From positions 224,001-288,000 of the forward strand of contig CAXXWS020000004.1 of assembly GCA_963665325.3 (NCBI GenBank): DNA of 64,000 bases, in the 5' to 3' direction. Position 1 is the first letter of the stretch, and every line of letters starts with the position of its first letter. The position numbers and the translations under genes were made by a program. Of this stretch, positions 1 through 9,106 are shown in pieces. The DNA is from Alphaproteobacteria bacterium (GTDB lineage Bacteria > Pseudomonadota > Alphaproteobacteria > Bin95). A model generated the notes under the pieces. That model saw only the letters and a program-made list of their open reading frames with translations. It made no database searches and was not told the DNA's origin.

Positions 1-78
1 CGCTCCGGCCGAAGTCGCCGCCCCCGCCGCGGCCATTGCGAGGCCCGCGCCGAAGAGCAGTTTGTCGAGACGTCTCAT
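1..78 (-). CDS. ABC transporter substrate-binding protein, N-terminal fragment (runs off window)
   Basis: ATG at 78 with GGAGG RBS; MRRLDKLLFGAGLAMAAAGAATSAGA is signal-peptide-like; follows Liv-type permeases. Confidence 0.7.
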   Translation of the reverse strand, partial: MRRLDKLLFGAGLAMAAAGAATSAGA

Positions 79-106
79 TCCACGTCCTCCCTTCGCGTTT
101 TGAGGG

Positions 107-1174
107 CTAGTAGGAGAAAGGCCATACCCGGAAGTAGTTCCGGATATTGAGCCACAGGCGGTTGAGGCCCTCGGGCTCCACCACCAGGAAGAACATGATC
201 AGCGCGCCGAACAGGATAAGCCGGAACTGCGCCGTCACCTGGGCGAGAATCACCGGGTCGAAGAAGAACGCTCCGAACGAATCCATAAAGATACGGATCA
301 CGATCGGAAGCAAGGTGATGAATATGGCGCCGAAGACAGAGCCCAGCACCGAGCCCAGCCCGCCGATGATGACCATCGCCAGATAATCGATGGAGACAAC
401 GATCAGGAACTGCTCGTAGTTGGCGATACTGAGATAGTAGGTGTAGAGCACGCCCGCCACGCCGGCGTAGAAGGACGAGATGGCGAAGGCGTAGAGCTTG
501 TAGCGGAAGACGTTGATGCCGATGATCTCGGCTGCAATGTCCTGGTCGCGAATGGCGATGAAGGCGCGCCCGACGCGCGAGCGCACGAGGTTCATCGTCG
601 CGACGATGGCGATGACCGCGAAGGCCATCAGGAAGTAGTAGAGCTCGATTTCGGTGTTCATCGCCTCGCCGAAGACGACCGGGCGCGGCACCTCGATGGA
701 CGCCTGCACACCGCCGGAAATCGCCGGCGTGTGGTTGATGACCCATTCGATGATGAACTGCGCGGCGAGCGTGGCGATGGCGAGGTAAAGGCCCTTGATG
801 CGCAGCGACGGGATACCGACCAGAACGCCCACGGCGGCCGCCATGATGCCGCCCGACGGCACCGCCAGCCAGAAGGGCCAGTCGAGCTTGGTAATCAGGT
901 TCGCGGCCGTATAGGCGCCCACCGACATGAATGCCGCATGGCCGATGGAGATCTGCCCCGTGTAGCCCAGCAGGATGTTCAGCCCGAGCGCGCCGACGAC
1001 GGCGATGGAAATCAGGCAGAGGATCGACAGGTAATAGGGGTCGAGGAACAGCGGTATCACGACCAGGAAGATAAATCCGACAAGTGCCACCGACCACCGT
1101 CCGACGGGCAGCGGGTAGAAGGCCATGTCCCCCTTGTAGGTCGTCTTGTAGTAACCGCTCTCGCGATGGAACAT
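107..1174 (-). CDS. Branched-chain amino acid ABC transporter permease (LivM-like)
   Basis: Hydrophobic; LNILLGYTGQISIGHAAF, LRIKGLYLAIATLA and GGLGSVLG motifs. Confidence 0.92.
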   Translation of the reverse strand: MFHRESGYYKTTYKGDMAFYPLPVGRWSVALVGFIFLVVIPLFLDPYYLSILCLISIAVVGALGLNILLGYTGQISIGHAAFMSVGAYTAANLITKLDWPFWLAVPSGGIMAAAVGVLVGIPSLRIKGLYLAIATLAAQFIIEWVINHTPAISGGVQASIEVPRPVVFGEAMNTEIELYYFLMAFAVIAIVATMNLVRSRVGRAFIAIRDQDIAAEIIGINVFRYKLYAFAISSFYAGVAGVLYTYYLSIANYEQFLIVVSIDYLAMVIIGGLGSVLGSVFGAIFITLLPIVIRIFMDSFGAFFFDPVILAQVTAQFRLILFGALIMFFLVVEPEGLNRLWLNIRNYFRVWPFSY

Positions 1175-1180
1175 GGGAGA

Positions 1181-2086
1181 TCAGATCCTCTCGATGATCG
1201 GCTTGCCGAACAGCCCGTAGGGCTTGAACATCAGCATCAGGATCATGAGCACATAGGGCGTGAAGTCCTTGGTGCCGCCCCCCACCATTGGGTCGAGATA
1301 GCCGGCAGCCAGATTCTCTACGACGCCGACGATGATGCCGCCGACGATCACGCCGACGATCGAGTCCAGGCCGCCCAGGATCACCACCGGGAACACCTTG
1401 AGGCCGATGATCGCAAGCTGCGTGTCGACGCCCAGCAGGCTGCCCCAGATGACCCCGCCGAGCGCGGCCACGACGCCGGCCATCACCCAGGCGAGCGCGA
1501 AATAGCGCTGCACATTGATGCCCATCGCCATCGACACCTGGTGGCTGTCGGCAACCGCGCGCATGGCGACGCCCTTGCGGCTCTTGAGGAAGAACCAGCC
1601 GAAACCGAGCAGGAAGATCACAGCCGCCGCGGCGCCGAGCAGGTGGATCGGGTTCAGGTAGATGAAGTGGTCGCCGATGATGATCGGCGCGTCGTCGATC
1701 GGCAGGTTCAGCGGGCGCGTCTCGGCGCCGAAGAAGAACGGCCCGGCGCCGCGCAACAGCGCCGCAAGGCCGATGGTCGCCATGATGATCGCCACAATCG
1801 GGCGTCCGATCATCGGCCGCAGCACGGTGCGCTCGAGCCCGACATTGAAGAGCACCATGAACGCGACCGAGAGCGAGATCGCCAGCCAGAGCGGCAAGCC
1901 GTAGGAGGCCGCGCTGGCGCCGACGATGATGCCCGCGATCATGACGAATTCGCCCTGGGCGAAGTTGATCGCGTCAGTGGACTTGTAGATCAGCACGAAA
2001 CCCAGCGCGATCAGCGAATACATCAGGCCGATCAGGACGCCGGAGACCAGCAGCTCCAGGAAAAAGCCCCAATTGAAGTCTTCCAT
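1181..2086 (-). CDS. Branched-chain amino acid ABC transporter permease (LivH-like)
   Basis: YSLIALGFVLIYK..INFAQGE, GVAMRAVAD and VILGGLDS motifs. Confidence 0.92.
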   Translation of the reverse strand: MEDFNWGFFLELLVSGVLIGLMYSLIALGFVLIYKSTDAINFAQGEFVMIAGIIVGASAASYGLPLWLAISLSVAFMVLFNVGLERTVLRPMIGRPIVAIIMATIGLAALLRGAGPFFFGAETRPLNLPIDDAPIIIGDHFIYLNPIHLLGAAAAVIFLLGFGWFFLKSRKGVAMRAVADSHQVSMAMGINVQRYFALAWVMAGVVAALGGVIWGSLLGVDTQLAIIGLKVFPVVILGGLDSIVGVIVGGIIVGVVENLAAGYLDPMVGGGTKDFTPYVLMILMLMFKPYGLFGKPIIERI

Positions 2087-2102
2087 GGGAGATGCGTTCC
2101 TC

Positions 2103-3989
2103 TCAGGCCGCGTCTTGGATCTGCATGCGATTGTCGATGAAGGCTTCCCGGCCGTCTTCGAATGTAACCGCCGTGCGAAGCTCGACAGACGTTCCGCCGG
2201 AGTAGAACGCCTCGATCACGTCAGCATATTTGTCGGCGATGAAGGACCGGCGCAGCTTGCGGGTGCGCGTGATCTCCGCGTCGTCCGCGTCCAGGTCCTT
2301 GCCCAGCAGCAGGAACCGCTTCACGCGCCCGGCTTCCGGCAGGCCGCGGTTGATCCGCTCAATCTCGCTGCACACGAGTTCGTAGATTTCCGGCTTCTGG
2401 CTCAGGTCCATGTAGTTGGTGTAGGCGAGCGCCTGGCGCTCCGCCCAGTTGCCGACCGTGTTGGGGTCGATCGCCACCATCGCGCAGATGAAGGGGCGCT
2501 TGTCCCCGAAGGAAACCACCTCGCTGATGTAGGGGGAGAATTTCAGCTTATTTTCAATAAATTGAGGTGCATAGGCGGACCCGTCGGAGAGCTGGCCGAC
2601 ATCCTTGGCCCGGTCGATCACGACGATATGGCCGCGGTCGTCCATGAGGCCGGCATCGCCCGTGCGGAACCATCCTTCTTCGTCGAACGCCTCCTGCGTC
2701 GCCTCCTCGGCCTTGTAGTAGCCGGTGAACACGCCGGGGCTCTTGACGAGGATTTCGCCGGTGTCGGCGATGCGTACCGTCACCCCGTCGCAGACCGGCC
2801 CCACAGTGTCCGGGTTGGCCTGATCGTCCGGCTGCACGGAGATGACGCCCGTGACTTCGGTCGAACCGTAAACCTGCTTCAGGTTCACGCCGAAAGACCG
2901 GAAGAAGCGGAACGTGTCGGGCCCGAGCGGCGCGCCGCCGGTCAGCGCCCAGCGGGTGCGGCGAAAGCCGAACTGGTCGCGCACCGGCCCATAGACCAGG
3001 AACTCGCCCAGCCGGTAGCGCAGTCCGAGGCCCGCAGGTATCGGCTTCCCCTCGACCCGGCAGGTCTCCGCCTGCTCCGCGACACTGCGGAAATACTCGA
3101 AAACCCGCCGCTTCAGGGCGGATGAGTCGTTCGCGCGCACCAGGATGTCGGAAAGCATCGTCTCCCAGAGCCGCGGAGGCGCGATAATTCCCATTGGGCT
3201 GAGTTCGCGGAGGTCCCGGCGCAGGGTTTCGGGGCTCTCGGGGCAGTTGATCGTCGAACCCACCATCAGGGCGGCGCAGAGCCCGTAAAGCGAATCGCCG
3301 ACCCAGGCCATCGGCAGATAGGCCAGATAGTCGTCGCCCTCCCGCACATCCTCCACTTTGCAATAGATTTCCGCCGTCCGGACAAGGTTGTCATGGCTCA
3401 GCATGACGCCCTTCGGCCTCCCGGTCGTGCCCGACGTGTAGCAGATGAGGCCGATATCCCCGGGCGCCACTTCCTTGCAGAGCGCTTCGAAATCGCCTCC
3501 GGCGGCGCGGCCTTCCTCCTGCAGGTCGGAAAACGAGGCCAGGATTTCCTCGTCGTAATCCACCATGCCGCGGGGGTCGGAATAGACGAGCAGCTCCAGC
3601 GTCGGCAGCTCGTCGCGAATGGAGAGGATCTTGTCCGCCTGCTCCTGGTCCTCGGCGACGACGACCTTGACCTCGGCATGGTTGAGAACGAAGGCGAGTT
3701 CGCGCGCGATCGAGTCCTGATAGACCGGCACGGCCGAGCCGCCGAGGCACATGGCGGCCAGCTGCGACCAGTAGAGATGCGGGCGGTTGTCGCCGATCAC
3801 GGCGAGCTTGTCGCCCTCGGTGAAACCGCGCGCCTTGAGGCCGAGGGCGCAGGCGCGGACATTGTCCGCATAGCCCTGCCAGTCCCAGGTCTCCCAAATG
3901 CCGTAAAGCTTTTCGCGGATGGCGGGCTTCTGCGGCCGCGTCTCGACATTGCCGAGCAGCAGCGCGGGAACCGTTTTTGCGTCTGCCAT
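2103..3989 (-). CDS. Long-chain fatty acid-CoA ligase (AMP-binding)
   Basis: YTSGTTGRPKG, YGSTE, GWFRTGDAG and IDRAKD motifs. Confidence 0.92.
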   Translation of the reverse strand: MADAKTVPALLLGNVETRPQKPAIREKLYGIWETWDWQGYADNVRACALGLKARGFTEGDKLAVIGDNRPHLYWSQLAAMCLGGSAVPVYQDSIARELAFVLNHAEVKVVVAEDQEQADKILSIRDELPTLELLVYSDPRGMVDYDEEILASFSDLQEEGRAAGGDFEALCKEVAPGDIGLICYTSGTTGRPKGVMLSHDNLVRTAEIYCKVEDVREGDDYLAYLPMAWVGDSLYGLCAALMVGSTINCPESPETLRRDLRELSPMGIIAPPRLWETMLSDILVRANDSSALKRRVFEYFRSVAEQAETCRVEGKPIPAGLGLRYRLGEFLVYGPVRDQFGFRRTRWALTGGAPLGPDTFRFFRSFGVNLKQVYGSTEVTGVISVQPDDQANPDTVGPVCDGVTVRIADTGEILVKSPGVFTGYYKAEEATQEAFDEEGWFRTGDAGLMDDRGHIVVIDRAKDVGQLSDGSAYAPQFIENKLKFSPYISEVVSFGDKRPFICAMVAIDPNTVGNWAERQALAYTNYMDLSQKPEIYELVCSEIERINRGLPEAGRVKRFLLLGKDLDADDAEITRTRKLRRSFIADKYADVIEAFYSGGTSVELRTAVTFEDGREAFIDNRMQIQDAA

Positions 3990-4002
3990 GGCCCCGTCCT
4001 CC

Positions 4003-4797
4003 CTAATGCGCAGTGCCGAGATAGGCCTGGATGACCTTGGGGTCCGCGCGCACCTGGTCCGGCGTGCCCTCGGCGATCTTCTCGCCCATGTCCAGCACGG
4101 CGACCCGGTCCGAGATGTCCATCACCACGCCCATATCGTGCTCTATCAGAACGATAGTCGTGCCCCACTCGGCGGAGACATCGAGGACATAGCGGACCAT
4201 GTCCTCCTTCTCCTCCTGGTTCATGCCCGCCATCGGCTCGTCCAGCAGCAGCAGGGTCGGGTCCGAAGCGAGCGCGCGGCCGAGCTCGACGCGCTTCTGG
4301 AGGCCGTAGGCAAGGGCACCGGCCGGCGTCTTGCGCAGGTCGGACAGCTTCAGGAAGTCGATGATCTCCTCGCAGCGACGCCGATGGAGGATTTCCTCCC
4401 TCTGCGCCGGGCCCCAATAGAGAAGCGACGCAAACACACCGGACTTCAGCCGCACATGGCGCCCGAGCATCAGATTGTCGAGCACCGTGAGGCCGCGGAA
4501 CAGGGCTATGTTCTGGAATGTGCGGGCTATGCCGAGTTCGGCGATCTCGTTCGGCTTCAACCGGCCGATGTCCCTGTCCCGGAAGAGGATTGCGCCCTCG
4601 TCCGGTTTGTAGAAGCCCGACACCATATTGAGCAATGTGGTCTTGCCGGCGCCGTTGGGGCCGATAATGGCGAAGATTTCGCCTTTCGTAACGGCAGTGG
4701 ACACGCCGGCAACAGCGCGCACGCCGCCGAAATGCTTGCTGACCCCTTCTACCGAGAGGGTCGGGCCTCCGTCCGCCTCCCCAAGCGTGCTATCGGG
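4003..4797 (-). CDS. ABC transporter ATP-binding protein (LivG-like)
   Basis: GPNGAGKTT Walker A, LLLLDEP, IEHDM and C-terminal VIQAYLG; start chosen at ATG 4797. Confidence 0.92.
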   Translation of the reverse strand, partial: PDSTLGEADGGPTLSVEGVSKHFGGVRAVAGVSTAVTKGEIFAIIGPNGAGKTTLLNMVSGFYKPDEGAILFRDRDIGRLKPNEIAELGIARTFQNIALFRGLTVLDNLMLGRHVRLKSGVFASLLYWGPAQREEILHRRRCEEIIDFLKLSDLRKTPAGALAYGLQKRVELGRALASDPTLLLLDEPMAGMNQEEKEDMVRYVLDVSAEWGTTIVLIEHDMGVVMDISDRVAVLDMGEKIAEGTPDQVRADPKVIQAYLGTAH

Positions 4798-4899
4798 CAT
4801 CCTCCCCCCTCGCAGCACATTTCTGTCGCACAGACGCTAGACAGTTCCAGGGGAAACCGGAAGCCAAAAAAACAGGCGTCCGTCCAAAGGGGCGCCGGG

Positions 4900-5640
4900 T
4901 CACGCCAGGCAGCGGCGATAGAGGGCGAGCAGCCGCTCCCAGTGGCGCTCCGCCGCCGGCACGTCGTAGCACCAGCGCTCCGGGAAGGCGAAGCCGTGAT
5001 GCACGCCCGGATAGATCTCCATTTCGCCCCCGTTGCCCGAGGCGTCGAACAGCGTGCGAAGCTCCGCCACCATGTCCGGCGGCGCGAGGTCGTCATGCTC
5101 GGCGCAGGCGATGTAAAGCTCGCCCCTCGCCTTTCCGAGCGACAGATGAGGGCTCTCCTCGGCGTCCGAGACCAGCCAGGTGCCGTAGAAAGACGCCGCC
5201 GCGGCGACCCGGTCCGGATAGCGGGCCGCGGCGGCCAGCGAATAGGGACCGCTCATGCAGTAGCCGTGCGTGCCGACGGGGCCCGGCGCGGCGTCGGCCT
5301 GCCCGTCCAGCCAGGCCAGCATATCGCCGACATCCTCCATGACTGGAGGGATCGTCATGCGCGTGCGCACGGCCCGCATCGCGGCCTGTTCCGCGCTTCC
5401 CTTCTCGAGCACGTCCGGGCCGTACTTCGTTTCCCGGCCAGCGCGGTAATAAAGGTTCGGCAACAACACGAAATAGCCGACCGACGCCAGCCGTCGGGCC
5501 ATCTGGTAAAGTTCCTCGCGGATGCCCGGCGCGTCCATAAGGAACAGCACGGGCGGGAACGGGCCGCCCCGCTCCGGCCGGCAGGTAAAGGTCTCCATCG
5601 CGCCGGCGCGCGTCTCGATATCGACGATTTTCTCGATCAT
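4900..5640 (-). CDS. Dienelactone hydrolase family protein
   Basis: GYCMSG nucleophile elbow and YPGVHHGFAF. Confidence 0.88.
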   Translation of the reverse strand: MIEKIVDIETRAGAMETFTCRPERGGPFPPVLFLMDAPGIREELYQMARRLASVGYFVLLPNLYYRAGRETKYGPDVLEKGSAEQAAMRAVRTRMTIPPVMEDVGDMLAWLDGQADAAPGPVGTHGYCMSGPYSLAAAARYPDRVAAAASFYGTWLVSDAEESPHLSLGKARGELYIACAEHDDLAPPDMVAELRTLFDASGNGGEMEIYPGVHHGFAFPERWCYDVPAAERHWERLLALYRRCLA

Positions 5641-5735
5641 GGCGTTCCTTCTTCCCGCAGTCCCGCCGCACTATACAGCGGCGGGGAAATGGGCCACCAT
5701 TTTCTCGAGAACCGGAAGGACGGAAGGAGCGCCCC

Positions 5736-6293
5736 ATGCATGCCTCGGATATCGTCTTCGCCCTCAAGGAGGCCTCGGACGGCCCGCACGCGCTCCAGAA
5801 TGTTCGCCGCGTGCTGAACGACTGGCGCGAGCGCATCGACGAGGTGTCGGAGGCGTTGGACTACATATCCGGCATCGGCGGCAACGCGAACCAAGCCTTC
5901 TACCGCACGCCGGAGCTCAGCGTGCTGAAGGTATGCTTCCCCTCGGGCAAGCGGACGCCGCCGCACGACCACGGCTCCTGGGCGGCGATCCTGGTGCTTT
6001 CCGGCTCGGAGAAAAACGTAATCTACCGGCAAGGCGGCGACGGCCTCGAATACGCCAACGAGGCTGTGCTGACGCCGGGCACGATCCTGACCATGCCGGC
6101 CGATGCCGCCCATACGGTGGAGAGCCTGGGGGACAAGCCGGCAATCGGCCTGCATGTCTATGGCGGCGACGTGCTGGGCGTCGAACGCAGCATGTGGGAC
6201 CCGGATACGCTCGAAGAGCATCCGCTGGAATGGGACCACTATGAAGTTCTGGCCGAGAGGGCTTCCAAAGCCGACAAGGCGCCGCTGACCTGA
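5736..6293 (+). CDS. Cupin / cysteine dioxygenase-like metal-binding protein
   Basis: TPPHDHG, AHTVE and LHVYGG motifs; RBS GGAAGGAG. Confidence 0.75.
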   Translation: MHASDIVFALKEASDGPHALQNVRRVLNDWRERIDEVSEALDYISGIGGNANQAFYRTPELSVLKVCFPSGKRTPPHDHGSWAAILVLSGSEKNVIYRQGGDGLEYANEAVLTPGTILTMPADAAHTVESLGDKPAIGLHVYGGDVLGVERSMWDPDTLEEHPLEWDHYEVLAERASKADKAPLT

Positions 6294-6352
6294 TACGCGC
6301 TTCCCGCGCCTTTCCATTTTCCAGTTCCGACGCAGAAGGAGAAGCCATACCC

Positions 6353-6793
6353 ATGGCTGAAATCGGCAAACCGGCCCCGGCATTCCGGGCCGTCAACCAG
6401 GACGGCGCGTCCGTCGCGCTGGAGGACTTCAGGGGGCGGAATGTCCTGATCTGGTGGTATCCGAAGGCCGACACGCGCGGTTGAACCATCGAAGGCAACG
6501 GGTTCCGTGACCGAATCCAGGACTTCGAGGCAAAGAACACCGCAATCGTCGGGTGCAGTTTCGACACGCCGGCAGACAACAAGGCCTTCCGGGACAAGGC
6601 CTCCTTCCCGTTCGACCTGCTGAGCGATTCCGACAGGGCGATGTCGGTCGCCTACGGGGCGGCGGCGGACGCCGAAGCCGAGCGGCCGAAGCGCATCTCG
6701 GTGCTGGTCGGCCCGGACGGCAAGGTCGTCAGGCGCTATGACGCGGTGACGCCGGCGGACCATCCGGACGAGGTGCTCGCCGACCTGGGCTGA
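6353..6793 (+). CDS. bcp: Peroxiredoxin BCP/PrxQ, selenocysteine-containing (in-frame TGA 6482-6484)
   Basis: Manual translation gives MAEIGKPAPAFRAVNQDG..WWYPKADTRG-[TGA]-TIEGNGFRD..FDLLSD..RISVLVGPDGKV; TGA occupies the peroxidatic Cys of YPKxxTPGCT; RBS AAGGAG. Confidence 0.88.
6500..6518 (+). promoter_or_regulatory. Candidate bacterial SECIS hairpin
   Basis: GGGTTC-CGTGACC-GAATCC stem-loop starting 16 nt after the in-frame TGA. Confidence 0.5.
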
Positions 6794-6795
6794 CA

Positions 6796-6829
6796 GGCGC
6801 GCGTCAGTCCAGGATGAAGTGCGGGACGA
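6796..6829 (+). repeat. 34-bp direct repeat, copy 1 (duplicate of the gsp-like gene 3' end)
   Basis: GGCGCGCGTCAGTCCAGGATGAAGTGCGGGACGA; 33/34 identical to 7938-7971. Confidence 0.9.
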
Positions 6830-6831
6830 GT

Positions 6832-6879
6832 CGCCGGCCCCACTCATCGGTTCGGCCGGAGCTATGAGTGGGGCCGGCG
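6832..6879. repeat. Perfect 16-bp inverted repeat hairpin
   Basis: CGCCGGCCCCACTCAT (6832-6847) / ATGAGTGGGGCCGGCG (6864-6879), 16-nt loop. Confidence 0.85.
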
Positions 6880-6912
6880 GTCCAAATCGACTCGTTGAAA
6901 GTGCTTTCTCGT

Positions 6913-7773
6913 ATGCATCCGCCTATCATTTATTTTGGAGAGATAATCAAACGCCGCGGAGTGTCGTTAAAGCGGTCGCGATTGGTGCGTCACGACAAAA
7001 GAGGCGCGGAAGAATGGGGAAGGAGTAAGGAGGCGTTCGGCCATTTTGCGAGTTATCAGTCGACAAGTCCTGGCCCGTACAACAAATGTCGATATGCGTT
7101 CCACTTTATCCCCGACCGTCCGCTCGACGCTGAAACACATACGGCGTTATTCGTCGGCGCCACCGAGGTTTTGGGCGAGTGGAAGTGTGACGGAAATCGA
7201 CAGGCATGCATGACGACCGACATTGCGCTGCAAGCATCAACCTTTAGGCCCCAGCTCGGTGAGCGTGCATATGACTTGGTATGGATACCCACGTTTGATG
7301 ATCTTGTTGAGCGTATTGTAATCGCTTGGGGGCCGCGCTCAAGCACACGATCATGGTCGCAGTGGCCGGAACGGCAAGATAAGAAAGTAATCGAGATTCG
7401 CCGAGAAGCCCAAGAGCCGCCATTCCCAGGCTTTCAGGCTTTCATCACGACACTTGAGGAAATTCCATTTCTACCACGTTCATGGTGTGAAGTACTCGCG
7501 TCAGTGAACGGAGTGTATTTGCTTGTACATCCCGAAGGCAAGCAATATGTCGGCTCAGCTTATGGTGAAGGAGGTTTTCTTGGGCGCTGGAACGACTATG
7601 TCAAAACCGGAGACGGAGGAAATCAATTGCTCAAACAACGAGGACAGGCGGACTATACCGTGTCTATCTTGGAGATAGTGTCGTCCGCAATGTCACAATC
7701 TGATATCATTGAGCGTGAAAATATCTGGAAAGAAAAACTCGGCTCTCGGGTACACGGATTGAATGCGAATTGA
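6913..7773 (+). CDS. GIY-YIG nuclease family protein
   Basis: C-terminal GVYLL..QYVGSAYG..FLGRW..SILE..RENIWK..GLNAN; visibly lower GC than the flanks; start could be GTG 6868. Confidence 0.82.
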   Translation: MHPPIIYFGEIIKRRGVSLKRSRLVRHDKRGAEEWGRSKEAFGHFASYQSTSPGPYNKCRYAFHFIPDRPLDAETHTALFVGATEVLGEWKCDGNRQACMTTDIALQASTFRPQLGERAYDLVWIPTFDDLVERIVIAWGPRSSTRSWSQWPERQDKKVIEIRREAQEPPFPGFQAFITTLEEIPFLPRSWCEVLASVNGVYLLVHPEGKQYVGSAYGEGGFLGRWNDYVKTGDGGNQLLKQRGQADYTVSILEIVSSAMSQSDIIERENIWKEKLGSRVHGLNAN

Positions 7774-7937
7774 TTGGCGGAACTGCCGGGAGAGGGCATG
7801 AGGTGGACGTCAGTTAGGAGTACGCATCATGCTCGGGCCGGATCCTATTGAAGTGTAACGGTAGTGAAAGCGCCGTTGAGCCGGCGTTCCCGGCGGCTCA
7901 TGGATTGTAGTTCCCGCCTAACCGGCGATCTGGTTCT

Positions 7938-7971
7938 GGCGCGCCTCAGTCCAGGATGAAGTGCGGGACGA
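7938..7971 (+). repeat. 34-bp direct repeat, copy 2
   Basis: GGCGCGCCTCAGTCCAGGATGAAGTGCGGGACGA, includes the stop codon of 7946-9106. Confidence 0.9.
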
Positions 7972-9106
7972 AACAGGCGTCGTCCGTGGTGATGTCGCCT
8001 TCGTCCTCGCGGATGCACATGCCGGCTGGCTCGCTCGCCACCAGCCAGACGCCGCACATCGGCCGCCGGCCCTCGAAGGAGGGGAGCGGCGCAACGGCCT
8101 GGCGCACGAACCCCTCCGCGCCGTAAGGCCCGTCGAAGTCCAACACCGTGCGCCCGTTCTCCACGAAGGCGATATTCGCGCCTTCGCGGGAGAGCAGCGG
8201 CTTGCGGACATAGCGCCCGCCCAGCGATGCCGCCTTTGGGTCGTCCTCGAAGAATGTCGGCAACAGGTTCGGATGCCCCTCGAACATCTCCCAGAGCAGC
8301 GCCAGCAGGCCCTTGTTCGACAGCACCGCCTTCCAGCCGGGCTCGATGAACTGCGTATCCGAGCCCGGTATGCGGCTGCCGAACTCCTCCTCCATCAGCC
8401 ATTCCCACGGATAGAGCTTGAAGAGCCAGCGGACCGGATCGTCATCGGTATCGGTGAAGCGCCCGTCGTCGGACAGGCCGATGTCCTCGATGAACATCCG
8501 CCGCGTGGCGAGCCCGGCCTGCCGGGCACAGTCCTCCAGATATTCGATGGTGCCGAGGTCCTCGTCGGTGTCGCGCGCGCAGGCGAGATGCAATGGCCCG
8601 TCCATGCCGAAACGGCCGATGGCGTCGATCAGCCGTTCATGGAGGGAGTTGAACTGGTCCGCGCCTTTGGGGACGAGGCCCTGCTCCATCGCCTGTTCCA
8701 GCCATACCCACTGGAATATGGCGCTTTCGTAGAGGGCCGTCGGCGTGTCCGCATTGTATTCATAGAGCTTCGCCGGGCCGTTCCCGTCATAGCGGAAGTC
8801 CATGCGGCCGTAGAGGTTGCGCTCGCCGTTCCGCCAACTGTCCGCGACATAGCCCCGGAACATCTCCGGGACCGCCAGGCGCCGCAGCACTTCCTCGTCC
8901 GCCACTGCCCGCTCGACGACCTCGAAGCACATCTGCTCCAGCTCTTCCGCAGGGTCTTCGAGGTTCTCCTCAATTTCCCGGAGCGTGAAACGGTAGGCGT
9001 GGGACTCGTCCCAATAGCGTTCGCCATCGGGCGTGTGGAAGGTGAAGCCGTGCTCGGCCGCGACCTGCTGCCAGTTGTCGCGCGGCCTGACCGCCCTGCG
9101 CTCCAT
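7946..9106 (-). CDS. Glutathionylspermidine synthase family protein (YgiC/YjfC-like)
   Basis: YGRMDF, LYEYNADTPT, FKLYPWEW, SNKGLL, KPLLSREGANI and FVPH motifs; TGATG overlap with upstream gene. Confidence 0.92.
   Translation of the reverse strand: MERRAVRPRDNWQQVAAEHGFTFHTPDGERYWDESHAYRFTLREIEENLEDPAEELEQMCFEVVERAVADEEVLRRLAVPEMFRGYVADSWRNGERNLYGRMDFRYDGNGPAKLYEYNADTPTALYESAIFQWVWLEQAMEQGLVPKGADQFNSLHERLIDAIGRFGMDGPLHLACARDTDEDLGTIEYLEDCARQAGLATRRMFIEDIGLSDDGRFTDTDDDPVRWLFKLYPWEWLMEEEFGSRIPGSDTQFIEPGWKAVLSNKGLLALLWEMFEGHPNLLPTFFEDDPKAASLGGRYVRKPLLSREGANIAFVENGRTVLDFDGPYGAEGFVRQAVAPLPSFEGRRPMCGVWLVASEPAGMCIREDEGDITTDDACFVPHFILD

Noticed and set aside
6239-6847. 202-aa minus-strand ORF in the supplied track
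   Set aside because: Antisense to the Sec-peroxiredoxin, which explains the region
7813-7922. GTTAGGA ... GCCTAAC as an integron attC site after the GIY-YIG gene
   Set aside because: The core sites are in the wrong order on both strands (attC needs RYYYAAC before GTTRRRY), and no integron integrase is present
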